Of a stretch of 64,000 nucleotides of DNA, positions 18,200 through 29,320 are shown in pieces. The notes beneath the pieces are model-generated. The model saw only the letters and a list, made by a program, of their open reading frames with translations, was not told where the DNA came from and did not search any database. The DNA is from Nitrosopumilus sp. (GTDB lineage Archaea; Thermoproteota; Nitrososphaeria; Nitrososphaerales; Nitrosopumilaceae), in the NCBI GenBank assembly GCA_965204345.1, contig OZ241981.1:1472001-1536000 (forward strand). The letters run 5' to 3'. A program made the position numbers and the translations under genes. Numbering within the stretch: position 1 is the first letter of the stretch; every line of letters begins with the position of its first letter.

Positions 18200-19438
18200 T
18201 TGGCTAAAATTTCTTCAATTGAAGGACGTATTCTATACAATAGTAGAGGAAGTAAAACAATCGAAATAGATGTTCAAACAGACAATAAATTTCTAGGAAG
18301 GGTATGTGCACCATCAGGTGCAAGTGTAGGAAAATATGAAGCAGTTAATTTTCCAAATGAAAAGCCCGAAGAAAGTCTCAGAATTTTAAAAGAAAATTCT
18401 CAAAAGTTTATAGGAGTAGAATCATCGGATCTAAAAGCAATTCATGATGTACTAAAAAAATTAGATGAAACTAGTAATTATTCAACAATTGGAGGAGCAC
18501 TAGCTTTTGCAGTAACAATTGCATCGATGGAATCAGCAGCAAAAGCATCAAGCGAACCATTGTTTAAAATACTCTCACCTAAATCAGAATTCAAATTTCC
18601 ATTTCCATTAGGAAATATTTTGGGTGGTGGAGTACATGCAGGTCCTGGAACCCCGGATATTCAAGAGATACTGATTTGTGCCACAGGCTCAAAAACTATT
18701 GAAGATGCAATTAAAACTAATTTGTTAATTCATAAAGAATTACGTAGTGTTTTAGAAAAAGAAGATCCTAACTTTACAAATGGACGCGGAGATGAGGGTG
18801 GGTGGGCACCAAAATTAGAAAATCACAAAGCATTAGAAATATCTGTAAAAGCATGTGAGAATCTAGGATTTACTCTAGGAAAAGAGGTAGCGCTAGGAGT
18901 AGACTTTGCATCATCTACCCAATGGAATGAAGAAAAAGAAAAATACGTTTATGATAGGGCAGGGTTTGAAAATTCAACTGGAGAACAAATTGATTTTGCA
19001 GCAAACATTATTGAGAAATTTAAATTGATTTATGCAGAAGATGCCGTTCATGAAGAAGCATTTGAAGACATGGCAGAATTAACCAAAAAATTCCCAAAAA
19101 CGCTGATTACTGGTGATGATCTGACAGTTACAAATACGGATATTTTAGAAAAAGCAATAAATGCAAAAGCATGTAATGCGGCCATCTTAAAAGTCAATCA
19201 GGCAGGAAGTCTTTTTGATGCTTTAGAGTTTGCAGAAAAGGCAACTGAGAACAATATCAAATTAATCACATCACACAGATCAGGAGAATCTACAGATTCA
19301 CAAATATCTCATATTGGCTTAGCTACAAAGTCAAAAATGCTCAAAGTTGGCATAGTTGGAGGAGAAAGGGTGGCAAAGCTCAATGAATTATTACGCCTAT
19401 CAGAGCATGATTTAATATGCGGTATGGCGGAGATTTAA
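18200..19438 (+). CDS. eno: Enolase
   Basis: NSRGSKTIE, PSGASVG, GDEGGWAP, GDDLTVTN, LKVNQAG, SHRSGES. Confidence 0.95.
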   Translation: MAKISSIEGRILYNSRGSKTIEIDVQTDNKFLGRVCAPSGASVGKYEAVNFPNEKPEESLRILKENSQKFIGVESSDLKAIHDVLKKLDETSNYSTIGGALAFAVTIASMESAAKASSEPLFKILSPKSEFKFPFPLGNILGGGVHAGPGTPDIQEILICATGSKTIEDAIKTNLLIHKELRSVLEKEDPNFTNGRGDEGGWAPKLENHKALEISVKACENLGFTLGKEVALGVDFASSTQWNEEKEKYVYDRAGFENSTGEQIDFAANIIEKFKLIYAEDAVHEEAFEDMAELTKKFPKTLITGDDLTVTNTDILEKAINAKACNAAILKVNQAGSLFDALEFAEKATENNIKLITSHRSGESTDSQISHIGLATKSKMLKVGIVGGERVAKLNELLRLSEHDLICGMAEI

Positions 19439-19445
19439 AATCGTC

Positions 19446-20069
19446 ATGAGCCAACAAACCGAAGGAACAGACATAAAAAAGAAAGTTCTAGCAACAGGAA
19501 TCCGGGTAGGAACACAAGTAAAAACAAAATTCATGGTGCCATTTATCACACAAGCCAGCCCTGAAGGGCTATACATGCTAGATTTAGACATTACACTAGA
19601 AAAAATTCAAACTGCCGCCAAATTTATCAATAGGTTAGGCGCAGATAATCTCATTGTTTGTTCAGGCAGACAACATGCAGAAACCCCAGTTGAGAAATTC
19701 TGTGAAGCCCTGGGAGCAAAAAAACTATTTGGAAGATTCATGCCAGGCACTTTGACAAACCCATCTTTACCATATTACATTGAACCAAAACTGCTTTTAA
19801 TTTCAGATCCACAAGTAGATGAACAGGCAATTATTGAGGCAACAAATGCGGGAATTCCAATAATAGGAATTGCAAATACAGATAATATTACATCAAACCT
19901 AGATGTAATTATTCCGGCAAACAATAGGGGAAGAAAAGCTCTGGCAACAGTTTACTGGCTATTGGTACGCCAAGTCCTAATTGAAAAAGGAGAGCTAAAG
20001 GAAAACGATTCAATGAAAGAGGAAATAGATGATTTTGAAACAAAGATTACCGAAGAGGAAACCGAATAA
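19446..20069 (+). CDS. rps2: 30S ribosomal protein S2
   Basis: GRFMPGTLTNP, DVIIPANNRGRKAL. Confidence 0.95.
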   Translation: MSQQTEGTDIKKKVLATGIRVGTQVKTKFMVPFITQASPEGLYMLDLDITLEKIQTAAKFINRLGADNLIVCSGRQHAETPVEKFCEALGAKKLFGRFMPGTLTNPSLPYYIEPKLLLISDPQVDEQAIIEATNAGIPIIGIANTDNITSNLDVIIPANNRGRKALATVYWLLVRQVLIEKGELKENDSMKEEIDDFETKITEEETE

Positions 20070-20092
20070 GTATCAGAATCCAAAGTGTTTAC

Positions 20093-21037
20093 TTGAAATC
20101 TAAAGCTTCTGCACCAGGAAAAGTAATTCTTTTTGGAGAGCATTTTGTAGTATATGGAGTAAAGGCAATACTTTGTGCAATTAACAAAAGAGCTAGCGTG
20201 ACTGCAGAAAAAATCCAAGAAAATAAAATTTCTATAAAGTCAAACATTGGAGATTTAACATTAGAACTGAACAAACCAATCACAGATATTAATTCGCCGC
20301 TAAAACCATTTTATTATCTAGCAAACAAAATGATGAAAAATCAAAGTGGAGGGATTCAAATTAGTGTAGAATCCGACATACCATTAGGCGTTGGATTGGG
20401 ATCATCATCAGCATGTTGCGTTGCAGGGGCTGCTGCAATTTCTAGATTATTTGCAGAAACATCCAAAAAAGAGATACTTGAGCTTGCAATTGAAGCTGAA
20501 AAAACAATTTTTAAAAACACGTCAGGAGCAGATTGCACTGTCTGTACGTATGGAGGAATAATGGAATATGATAAACAAAATGGTTTTAGAAAGATTGAAT
20601 CCGAGCCCAATTTTGATCTAGTAATTGCCAATTCAAACATAGAGCACTCTACAGAATCAATAGTATCCCAAGTCAGCGAGTTTAAAGAAAAAAATAAAAC
20701 GGAATTTTCTATACTATGTGAGAATGAATCAAGGCTGATAGATGATGTTTTAGAAAGACTGAAAGAAAACAACATCAATGAAATAGGCATTAAAATAAAA
20801 CAAAATCAAGAATATCTTGAAATTATAGGAATTTCCAATGATAAATTAAGAAAAATGATCCACATAGCTCAAAATGAATCATTTGGCGCAAAAATTACGG
20901 GGGCCGGTGGGGGAGGATGCATTTATGCGCTTACTGATAAATCTAATCTTGATCAAACCATAAATCAATTCAAAAAAGAAAATTATGATTGTTTTTCAGT
21001 CAAAATTGATTTTGAAGGACTGATACTTTATAATTGA
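20093..21037 (+). CDS. mvk: Mevalonate kinase
   Basis: APGKVILFGEHFVVYG, IPLGVGLGSSSA, SGADC, KITGAGGGG. Confidence 0.95.
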   Translation: MKSKASAPGKVILFGEHFVVYGVKAILCAINKRASVTAEKIQENKISIKSNIGDLTLELNKPITDINSPLKPFYYLANKMMKNQSGGIQISVESDIPLGVGLGSSSACCVAGAAAISRLFAETSKKEILELAIEAEKTIFKNTSGADCTVCTYGGIMEYDKQNGFRKIESEPNFDLVIANSNIEHSTESIVSQVSEFKEKNKTEFSILCENESRLIDDVLERLKENNINEIGIKIKQNQEYLEIIGISNDKLRKMIHIAQNESFGAKITGAGGGGCIYALTDKSNLDQTINQFKKENYDCFSVKIDFEGLILYN

Positions 21038-21047
21038 TCAGATAATT

Positions 21048-21809
21048 TTGAACAACATGATTCTAATAAAATTAGGTGGCTCGATTATCACAAATAAAGA
21101 AAAACCATTATCTGTAAGAAGAAAAACCATTGAAAATTTATCCAAAAGTTTGAAAAAAATCAAAGAGCCCATGATTGTTGTTCATGGAGGAGGATCTTAT
21201 GGGCATTACTGGTCTGTCAAATACGATATGCATACAAAAGAAAAAAAATATGATCCAAAAGGGGTTGCAATTGTTAAAAATTCAATGATTGAGCTAAACA
21301 AAATAGTTTTAGATTCCATGTTGAAAAATAGGTTAAATCCATACTGTCTGCCGCCAACAGATTTTATGGCTGGGAATAAGCCAATCCCAAAAAAAATCAA
21401 AGAAATTCAAATGATTGCAAAATCAGGACTGGTTCCAGTCACATATGGGGATGCGTTATGGTATGGCCAGAATAAAACATACATCTTGTCAGGAGATAGG
21501 ATAATGACTCATATTGCAAAGATACTAAAACCCAAACTTTGTATTTTTGCATTAAATGAAGATGGATTGTATTCAGACTTGAAATCAAAAAAACTAATTT
21601 ATGAATTACAAGGCGAACATACAAAAATTCCGGAAAATAAAATGGATGTTACCGGTGGAATGAGACGAAAAGTGGACGAAGCTACAAAAATTGCAAAGAT
21701 GGGAACCGATGTGTTATTTACAAATGGAAACAAGCCTGAAAGAATTGTAAAGGCGGTTAAAAATAGGAAATTTGAAGGAACGTTGTTTAGAGGTAAAAAG
21801 AATGTCTGA
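21048..21809 (+). CDS. Isopentenyl phosphate kinase
   Basis: IKLGGSIITNK, VHGGGSYGH, LSGD, DVTGGM; mevalonate cluster context. Confidence 0.9.
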   Translation: MNNMILIKLGGSIITNKEKPLSVRRKTIENLSKSLKKIKEPMIVVHGGGSYGHYWSVKYDMHTKEKKYDPKGVAIVKNSMIELNKIVLDSMLKNRLNPYCLPPTDFMAGNKPIPKKIKEIQMIAKSGLVPVTYGDALWYGQNKTYILSGDRIMTHIAKILKPKLCIFALNEDGLYSDLKSKKLIYELQGEHTKIPENKMDVTGGMRRKVDEATKIAKMGTDVLFTNGNKPERIVKAVKNRKFEGTLFRGKKNV

Positions 21810-22455
21810 GGAATTTGTAATTCTAGTGGATGAAAATGATAATCCAATTGGAAGTGAAGAAAAAGTAAAATGCCATCAGCCCAATGGAAAATTACATAGG
21901 GCATTTACCGCATTATTATTTGATAATGAAGGGAGGCTAGTTCTCACAAGAAGAGCAAAAGAAAAAATGTTGTGGCCAAATGATTGGGATGGAACGTTTG
22001 CAAGTCATCCAAGAGAGTCAGAGACCTATGTTTCGTCAGGAGAAAGAAGAATGCCAGAAGAATTAGGCATCAAAGGCACGCTTGATTATTTGCATAAATT
22101 CGAATATCATGTCCCATACAAAGACGTAGGTTCTGAGAATGAGGTATGCGGGACCCTTATTGGAATAATTGACAAACCTACAGAATTAAAAAAAATTGCA
22201 GGAGAAATTGATGAGATTAAATGGATTTCCTCTAAGGAACTACTTGCAGAACTGAAGATGAATCCACAGATTTATTGTCCTTGGATGTTAATTGCCTTGG
22301 AATTACTAGATAAATCAGAAAAATCCATGCTTGAAAAATATGCAAATGTCTTATCTACATGGATAAACAGTGAAGAAGTACATGAAGAACTACAAAAAGC
22401 AATCAAGATTCATCTGCCAAATGACAAATGGAGATTAGTAAATGAAAAAAACTAG
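21802..22455 (+). CDS. idi: Isopentenyl-diphosphate delta-isomerase type 1 (Nudix-like)
   Basis: VILVDENDNPIG, LHRAFTALLF, WDGTFASHP, EELGI, SENEVC; ATG 21802 preferred. Confidence 0.9.
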   Translation: MSEEFVILVDENDNPIGSEEKVKCHQPNGKLHRAFTALLFDNEGRLVLTRRAKEKMLWPNDWDGTFASHPRESETYVSSGERRMPEELGIKGTLDYLHKFEYHVPYKDVGSENEVCGTLIGIIDKPTELKKIAGEIDEIKWISSKELLAELKMNPQIYCPWMLIALELLDKSEKSMLEKYANVLSTWINSEEVHEELQKAIKIHLPNDKWRLVNEKN

Positions 22456-23422
22456 GCAAATCGAGCAAAATGCAAAAACTGTAAACAAATATCTGAATTC
22501 AAAATTAAATGGCAATCCCAAAAAATTGTATGATGCAGCAGGACATTTGATTGTAAATGGCGGAAAAAGACTCAGACCATATATGGTGATCAAAAGCTGC
22601 CAGATTTTAAAAGGAAAGACATCCAATGCGATACCAGCTGCTAGTGCAGTAGAAATGGTTCATAACTTTACCCTAGTTCATGATGACATTATGGATAATG
22701 ATGAAATGCGTCATGGAGTGCCAACAGTTCATAAAAAATTTGGTATGCCAATTGCAATTCTTGCAGGAGATGTATTATTTTCAAAAGCATTTCAGGTCAT
22801 TACAGACTCGAAACTAACAGCAAATGCTACAACACAGTTGGTTTCCAGACTTGCAAAAGCTTGTGTGGATGTGTGTGAAGGACAATTGTTAGATGTAAAA
22901 ATGGCAGAAGAAAAAAAGATTCCATCACAAGCAGAATACATTACAATGATTGGTAAAAAAACTGCGGCATTATTTGATGTATCATGTGCAATGGGAGCAA
23001 TTTGTGCCACAAACAAAATAAAAGATATCTCAAACCTCTCATCATTTGGAAGAAACCTGGGAATCGCCTTTCAAATCACAGATGATCTTATTGGGGTAAT
23101 GGGAAATCCAAAAATAACAAAAAAGCCGGTAGGAAATGATCTTAGAGAAGGTAAAAAATCGCTTCCTATTCTGATGGCAATCAAATCAGCAAAAGGCAGT
23201 GATAAAAAGGCAATTCTAAAGGCATTTGGGAATTCAAAAGTATCAAAAAAGGATCTTAGTAAAGCAGTAGATGTCATTTGTTCGTTGGGAATTGAAAAAA
23301 ATGTTCGAAAACAGGCTCTAAAATATGCTGAAAAGGCTGAAAAATCACTGACAAAGTATTCCGGTTCAGCAAAAGCAGAATTAATGTCATTATTGGATTT
23401 TGTAGTTAAGCGAAGTGTATAG
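22442..23422 (+). CDS. Geranylgeranyl diphosphate synthase
   Basis: GGKRLRP, HNFTLVHDDIMDNDEMRHG, GQLLD, KKTA, FQITDDL. Confidence 0.92.
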   Translation: MKKTRQIEQNAKTVNKYLNSKLNGNPKKLYDAAGHLIVNGGKRLRPYMVIKSCQILKGKTSNAIPAASAVEMVHNFTLVHDDIMDNDEMRHGVPTVHKKFGMPIAILAGDVLFSKAFQVITDSKLTANATTQLVSRLAKACVDVCEGQLLDVKMAEEKKIPSQAEYITMIGKKTAALFDVSCAMGAICATNKIKDISNLSSFGRNLGIAFQITDDLIGVMGNPKITKKPVGNDLREGKKSLPILMAIKSAKGSDKKAILKAFGNSKVSKKDLSKAVDVICSLGIEKNVRKQALKYAEKAEKSLTKYSGSAKAELMSLLDFVVKRSV

Positions 23423-23443
23423 TTATAACAAACAAGAGATATC

Positions 23444-25156
23444 ATGAATGAAGAACTAAAAAAAGAAATTAGAAAAATGGCTCTTCAAAATGCCTTTGAG
23501 CACGGAGGGGAAACACGAGATAAAATAATTTTAGGAAAAATTCTTGGAGCAAAACCGGAATTTAGAAATCAAATAAAAGAGATTTCTGAAGAGATTTCCG
23601 AAATTGTTACAGCAGTAAACAAATTATCATCAGGCGAGCAAGAAAAAGAAATTAAAGAAAATTTTCCCGAATTGTTAGCACCAAAAGAAAAAATTGAAGA
23701 AAGAGAGGGATTGCCGGAATTAAAGGATGCAGAACAAGGAAAAGTTATCACAAGATTTCCTCCAGAGCCCAACGGTTATCCGCACATCGGCCATGCAAAA
23801 GCTGCCATCATTAATTCTGAATATGCCAAAATGTATGGTGGAAAATTTATCTTAAGAATGGATGACACCAATCCTGAAGCAGAAAGAATGGAATATCATG
23901 CAGCCATCAAAGTAGGCTTAGAGTGGTTAGGAATAGAATTTGATACAGTAAAGAGTACCTCAGATGATATGGAGTTATTTTATGAGAAAGGAATGGAATT
24001 AATCAGTTCAGGAAAAGCGTATGTTTGTACTTGTAAAAGAGACGATATCAGTAAAAATAGAAGAGAAAGAAAGGCATGCAAATGCAGTACGGCAGATATT
24101 GAAAAAAACAATAAAAATTGGACAAAGATGAATGAAAAATTCAAGCCAGGGGATGCGATTGTAAGATTTCGTGGGGACATGAAAGCAGACAATGCAGTTA
24201 TGCGAGATCCGGTTTTGTTTAGAATTATTGAAGGAAAACATTACACATTGGGTGAAAAATATCGCATTTGGCCCAGTTATGATATGGCTGTTGCAATAGA
24301 GGACAGTGTTGATGGGGTAACTCATGCCTTTCGTTCAAAAGAGTTTGAATTGAGAAAAGAGCTAACTGACACAATTTTAGACGCATTAAACATGAGAAAA
24401 CCTGCCCAGGGGTTTTTCTCAAGGCTAGAATTCAAGGGAATGCCAATCTCAAAGAGAATTATCAAGCCATTGATTGAAGAAGGCAAGGTATCATGGTATG
24501 ATGATCCAAGACTTCCAACACTTGAAGCATTAAGAAGACGGGGCATCAAGCCTGAGGCCATCAGAAAATTCATCATGTCTTTGGGATTAACAAAGGCAAA
24601 CACATTAGCGCCGTTTGATTCACTTGAAGCATTTAATCGAAAATTCGTAGATGCAAGCAGTATCAGATTGTTTATGGTAAGCCATGCAAAGAAACTACTA
24701 GTAAGAAACTTGTCATTATCATCTGTTGAAATTCCAAACCATCCAACTAATGATATGGGACAGAGAAAAATCGAAATCGATGGGAACTTTTACATTTCAG
24801 GCGATGATGCACAAAATATCAAAGAAGGGACACAAATTCGTCTTTTAGGCCTTGGAAATGTGTCAATAACAAAAGAAGGAAGTGAGCTAGAGGGAGAATT
24901 TGTAAAAAGCGAGGATATTACAAACATCGCAAAAATGCAATGGGTTCCTCAAAAGACAGCACATGGAATTAAAATGATTATCCCAAAAACACTGTTCAAT
25001 GATGATGAGGAATTTAATGAAAATAGTCTGAAGGAATTAGACGTTTATACAGAACCGCATTATCTACAATTAAAAGAAGGGGAAGAAATACAATTTGTTA
25101 GATTTGGATACTGTAGAAAAGATTCACAAACTCAAGCAATTTTTACACACAAGTGA
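23444..25156 (+). CDS. gltX: Glutamyl-tRNA synthetase
   Basis: RFPPEPNGYPHIGHAK, DDTNP, WYDDPRLPTL, QFVRFGY. Confidence 0.96.
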   Translation: MNEELKKEIRKMALQNAFEHGGETRDKIILGKILGAKPEFRNQIKEISEEISEIVTAVNKLSSGEQEKEIKENFPELLAPKEKIEEREGLPELKDAEQGKVITRFPPEPNGYPHIGHAKAAIINSEYAKMYGGKFILRMDDTNPEAERMEYHAAIKVGLEWLGIEFDTVKSTSDDMELFYEKGMELISSGKAYVCTCKRDDISKNRRERKACKCSTADIEKNNKNWTKMNEKFKPGDAIVRFRGDMKADNAVMRDPVLFRIIEGKHYTLGEKYRIWPSYDMAVAIEDSVDGVTHAFRSKEFELRKELTDTILDALNMRKPAQGFFSRLEFKGMPISKRIIKPLIEEGKVSWYDDPRLPTLEALRRRGIKPEAIRKFIMSLGLTKANTLAPFDSLEAFNRKFVDASSIRLFMVSHAKKLLVRNLSLSSVEIPNHPTNDMGQRKIEIDGNFYISGDDAQNIKEGTQIRLLGLGNVSITKEGSELEGEFVKSEDITNIAKMQWVPQKTAHGIKMIIPKTLFNDDEEFNENSLKELDVYTEPHYLQLKEGEEIQFVRFGYCRKDSQTQAIFTHK

Positions 25157-25162
25157 TCAACA

Positions 25163-26032
25163 ATGAAGATAGCACGACTATTATATGATAATAATGAAAC
25201 ATATGGTTTTGTTAATGGTAATAAAGTATCTACAAAAAATGAGATTACTTATTTAACAGGGGTTCCAATTCCTGAAAACGTCAAAGATTTTCTTTTTGAT
25301 GGTTGGTATGACGAAATCAAAAATAAAATTAAGGATTTGCCATATGGGGAAGATATTTCAAAATACAAACTGTTATCGCCCATTCCAAATCCCAACAAGA
25401 TTATTTGCCTAGCATTCAACTATGTAGACCACGCTAAAGAGCAAGGATTAAAGGCACCAGATGATCCGGCCCTAGTCATCAAGCCACGAACAGCATTAAA
25501 TGGTACTGACTCGGATATAGTTTGTCCAGATTTTGTTACACAATTAGATTATGAGGTTGAATTAGCCCTGATTATCGGAGAAAACTGCAAAAATGTCAGA
25601 GTTGAGGATGCACCAGATAAGATATTTGGTTATATGATATTCAATGATGTATCAGCAAGAGACATTCAGTTCAAAGATAAACAGTTCACAAGAGGAAAAA
25701 GTTTTGATTCCTTTGCACCGTGCGGTCCATGGATAACAACAAAAGATGAAATTCAGGATCCTCACAATCTCAAAATAACCACCAAAATTAACGGAGAATT
25801 AAGGCAGAACTCATCATCAAGTAACATGTTTATCAAAATTCCAGAAATTGTCTCAAAAATTTCCAAGGTTATGACATTGGAAAAAGGAGATATTATTTCC
25901 ACAGGGACTCCTGCAGGAGTGATGCTAAACAAACCAAATGCAGTATTTTTGAAAGATGGAGATAAGGTAGAAATGGAAATTGAAAAGTTGGGAAAATTAA
26001 ATAATACGGTAAAAATTGTCAAATCAGATTAA
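25163..26032 (+). CDS. Fumarylacetoacetate hydrolase family protein
   Basis: KIICLAFNYVDHAKE, LDYEVELA, NDVSARDIQ, GKSFDSF, STGTPAGV. Confidence 0.92.
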   Translation: MKIARLLYDNNETYGFVNGNKVSTKNEITYLTGVPIPENVKDFLFDGWYDEIKNKIKDLPYGEDISKYKLLSPIPNPNKIICLAFNYVDHAKEQGLKAPDDPALVIKPRTALNGTDSDIVCPDFVTQLDYEVELALIIGENCKNVRVEDAPDKIFGYMIFNDVSARDIQFKDKQFTRGKSFDSFAPCGPWITTKDEIQDPHNLKITTKINGELRQNSSSSNMFIKIPEIVSKISKVMTLEKGDIISTGTPAGVMLNKPNAVFLKDGDKVEMEIEKLGKLNNTVKIVKSD

Positions 26033-26049
26033 TGATTTTTTCATTCAAT

Positions 26050-26800
26050 AAAATGATATTTTCTGTTCTAAAGAATTAAAACTAGATAACCTCTCTTTGG
26101 TTAAAGTTTGAATACGTCCACAATTTTTTTCCTATTCCAAAATTTTCTAAGAATGACAGAATATTGAAAGTTAAAGTATCAGAATTAAAAAAACCCAAAG
26201 TGATAATCAATGTTTTTTGAAAATGTTGCGAATCAGCCAAAATTGCAAATGGATTTATTTCCATCAATACAAGATTTAAGAAGATTAATTTTGTTTAGAA
26301 AGTAATGACAATCATCAGGAGAAAACTGCCTCCAAGATTTTGCATAATGTGAATACGACTTGCAATCGACTGTTTTTTCAAAATGGACATCATCATGATC
26401 AGAATTAATTTCTAGATCTGATGAGTAAAAATTCCAAGTTTGAAAAGTATCATAGTCTAAAGAACTGATAGAGATAGAATTCTCAGTATCAATCAACATG
26501 TAAGAATAAGACAAATTCTTGTTTATGCCAAATAATTTTGGCATGTTTTACTAGTTCAAATGCAGTATTTTGAGATTGGAAATAGCATCAATTCAAATAC
26601 CTTCAATCCAACTTGTTCATGAGAGTAAGATGCATGACAAATTCCAATTGGGGATTTTTTCTCATCCAAAGATGAAATGTCCTTCAGATAACCTAAAATC
26701 CCAAAACATGTTCAGTATATTGCCCCAGGAAAAAAGTATTTTTACAAAATTTTCAAATCGGATTTTTTTAATCTAAACTGCCTGTATTTCTAATTGTCAT
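26050..26800 (-). pseudogene. Degraded GNAT-family acetyltransferase
   Basis: Frame-hopping translation from ATG 26800: MTIRNTGSLD*..KFCKNTFSWG..WDFRLSEG..IPIGICHA..WIEGI*ID..FELVKHAK..YMLIDTENSIS..WNFYS, with multiple stops and frameshifts. The 3' end is approximate. Confidence 0.65.
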
Positions 26801-26842
26801 GGCATACAAAAAATTATTAAGAATAATCAGATAAGGGTTTTG

Positions 26843-27151
26843 ATGGGTAAAATTATTGCAGGTAAAACATCAGATATTCCGCCTGGAAAAATGATCAAGG
26901 TGTCAATTGACGGTAGGGATGTGCTAGTTGCAAACATTGATGGGGAATATTGTGCCACAGATGATTCATGCACGCATTCCGGGTCTAGTCTGTCCGAAGG
27001 AACATTAGATGGATGTACTATTACATGTGGCTGGCATGCAGCAGAATTTGATTGTAAAACTGGAAAACTAGTTAAATTTCCGGCAAAAATTAGAGATTTA
27101 ACATCATATAATGTTGTAGTAGAATCAGACAGTGTATTTGTAGAGATGTAA
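26843..27151 (+). CDS. Rieske [2Fe-2S] ferredoxin
   Basis: CTH...CGWHAAEFD. Confidence 0.93.
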   Translation: MGKIIAGKTSDIPPGKMIKVSIDGRDVLVANIDGEYCATDDSCTHSGSSLSEGTLDGCTITCGWHAAEFDCKTGKLVKFPAKIRDLTSYNVVVESDSVFVEM

Positions 27152-27187
27152 CTATATACTCCTATTTTTTAAGAAAAAGTGTAAAAA

Positions 27188-27457
27188 ATGACTGACGATG
27201 CTCAAAATAAGGAATCAATGAAGGAAGCAATTGAAACATTAGAACAGATTACTGCAAGTAATTCAACACCAAAAACAATTAAAAAATCAGTTACGGATTT
27301 AATTGCAGATCTAAACAATCCAGAATATTCATTGTCAGTTAGGGCAGCAAATACAATTAGCTTGCTAGATGATGTTACACAAGATCCTAACATGCCATCA
27401 TATGTACGGACACAATTATGGCAAGCAGTTTCAAAATTAGAAAGCATAAGAGAATAA
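27188..27457 (+). CDS. UPF0147 family protein
   Basis: SVRAANTISLLDDVTQDPNMPSYVRTQLWQAVSKLE. Confidence 0.92.
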   Translation: MTDDAQNKESMKEAIETLEQITASNSTPKTIKKSVTDLIADLNNPEYSLSVRAANTISLLDDVTQDPNMPSYVRTQLWQAVSKLESIRE

Positions 27458-27482
27458 ATTCTCATGTACAGTACTTACAATA

Positions 27483-28247
27483 ATGAAGATTGAAGAATAT
27501 TTAGAAACCCTTCCAGACAATTTACTTAGTGGGGAAGACGTTCAATTACCTGAGAAATCATTCAGGGAGATCTTTAAATTTGTCAAATTAGGCAAAAATG
27601 ACATTTTTTATCATTTGGGATGCGGGAATCAAAAAGGCGTTGAAATAGCGATTAAAGAATTTCAAGTGAAAAAGGCGATAGGGCTTGACAATAATTTAGA
27701 GAAGATAACTAATGCTAGAAAAAACCTTGGTGATGATAAAAAAAATAATGTAAAAATGATCTGCCAAAATATTACAGAGTCCAATATCTCAGATGCCACA
27801 GTAATTTTGTTTTGGTTTACAGATGAGAATGTGATAAATAAAATGCTAGAAAAATTTCAAGCCCTAAAACCTGGAACAAAAATAATCACAATTTGGGGGC
27901 CCCTTCCAGATTGCATACCGGATGAAGTAAGCTTTCCATACATCATAAACAAAGTCCCATTCAAAAAAGCACAAAACATGCAAGAGCAAGTATTAGCAAT
28001 ATTTGGTGTAAAGTGCATAGACTTTGTTACAGCATGGGAATATGCAGAAAGATATACCAAATCCATAGGATCTCCGGAAATTAAAAATGATCGATTTTTA
28101 ACAATTATACAAACATTGACTATTTGGATTAATGCAAAAAAGCTAGGAATAGCATGCGGCGATAAAGTTCCAGAATCAATTCAAACATATATTAACATAA
28201 TGAAAATGCATTTTGACATAGATTTTGAACACCTACTAAAAGAATAG
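27483..28247 (+). CDS. Class I SAM-dependent methyltransferase-like protein
   Basis: DIFYHLGCG motif I, KAIGLD, DATVILFW, LKPGTKIIT. Confidence 0.75.
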   Translation: MKIEEYLETLPDNLLSGEDVQLPEKSFREIFKFVKLGKNDIFYHLGCGNQKGVEIAIKEFQVKKAIGLDNNLEKITNARKNLGDDKKNNVKMICQNITESNISDATVILFWFTDENVINKMLEKFQALKPGTKIITIWGPLPDCIPDEVSFPYIINKVPFKKAQNMQEQVLAIFGVKCIDFVTAWEYAERYTKSIGSPEIKNDRFLTIIQTLTIWINAKKLGIACGDKVPESIQTYINIMKMHFDIDFEHLLKE

Positions 28248-28287
28248 CCTATGTAATCCTTTTATTTTGTTTTTACACAATAAAGAC

Positions 28288-28635
28288 ATGGAAGAAAGAT
28301 TACACATCAATGTATCAGCAGTAGATTATGACAAAACCAGCAAGGCATTAACTCATCAATTAACTTTACTGGAGGAAATGATGCATGGCCAGGAAGATTT
28401 TGTTATGACGGATTCAGAGTTTGCTTTTGGTTGGCATTTTTTTGTTCTAAGCGTAAATAAATCACTAGTTAACAAATTGGTTCAAACGATGGGGTCAGAT
28501 TTTGAACGATTAAAGGGCAAGGGAACAGAAAAGAAATTTTTGGCATGGCTAACAAAAAATATAGAAAACAAGTCGCCCAGATTCAAGCTTGCTATCAAAG
28601 AAGAAATGGAATCCAGTAAATTTGGAATTTTTTAA
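28288..28635 (+). CDS. Conserved hypothetical protein
   Basis: Intact ORF with normal composition; ATG 28288 (MEERLHINV) preferred. Confidence 0.7.
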   Translation: MEERLHINVSAVDYDKTSKALTHQLTLLEEMMHGQEDFVMTDSEFAFGWHFFVLSVNKSLVNKLVQTMGSDFERLKGKGTEKKFLAWLTKNIENKSPRFKLAIKEEMESSKFGIF

Positions 28636-28674
28636 AATGATTAAATTCCTCATATAGGCTAATCGATAAATACA

Positions 28675-28980
28675 TTGGTACTAAACGAAAACAAAAAAAA
28701 TCTAAAACAACTAAGGCAATTCCTTAAAAGAGAGGAAATCAAAAAATGAGCAAGCTTGAGAAAAGAATAACCGTTTTTGAAAATTGCATTGGCAATCTTG
28801 AATTATTATGAATCTTCTCAAAAAGAAAATAGACGGTTTTGAAACCATGAAAAAGCAAAAAAGACAATGCCCATGTATGGAGACATGGACAACAAGCCCA
28901 AAACCAGTATTTAGAAGAAATCTTAAGTTATATTTCCACATTGGAAACCAAAAAGAACGAGTTGGTACAGCTCTATAATT
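28675..28980 (+). pseudogene. Probable gene relic
   Basis: One protein-like frame from TTG (MVLNENKKNLKQLRQFLKREEIKK*ASLRKE*PFLKIALAILNYYE...) broken by several in-frame stops. Confidence 0.4.
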
Positions 28981-28982
28981 TT

Positions 28983-29320
28983 ATGAGAAACACCCAAAAC
29001 GAGTTTCAAGAAATGCGATAACAGATGTTTCTGTTGTGACTTGCATCATTGCATCTATATCAAATACAGCATCTGTGTTAGTTCGTGCTATGCCTTTACT
29101 TGATATGATAAGCCTGCAAACAGAAACTTTCAATAGTCTTGTTTGGGCTGACAAAATATCTTGCTTTTAATTTCAGATGATTTATGAGCCATGTTGTTTG
29201 ACATTACAGGAGTAGAGTCAGAATCGCCAGTCTCAATACGCCTATTTTTACGCCAATCTCGTTGGGGACAAGTTTTATCGACATTCAGTATGCCAGTTCC
29301 ACAATTTTTACATTTATCAA
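28983..29320 (-). pseudogene. Probable relic of a zinc-ribbon-containing protein
   Basis: DKCKNCGTGILNVDKTCPQR.. has a CxxC-x10-CP motif with the fourth Cys lost, no valid start, and downstream stops. Confidence 0.4.
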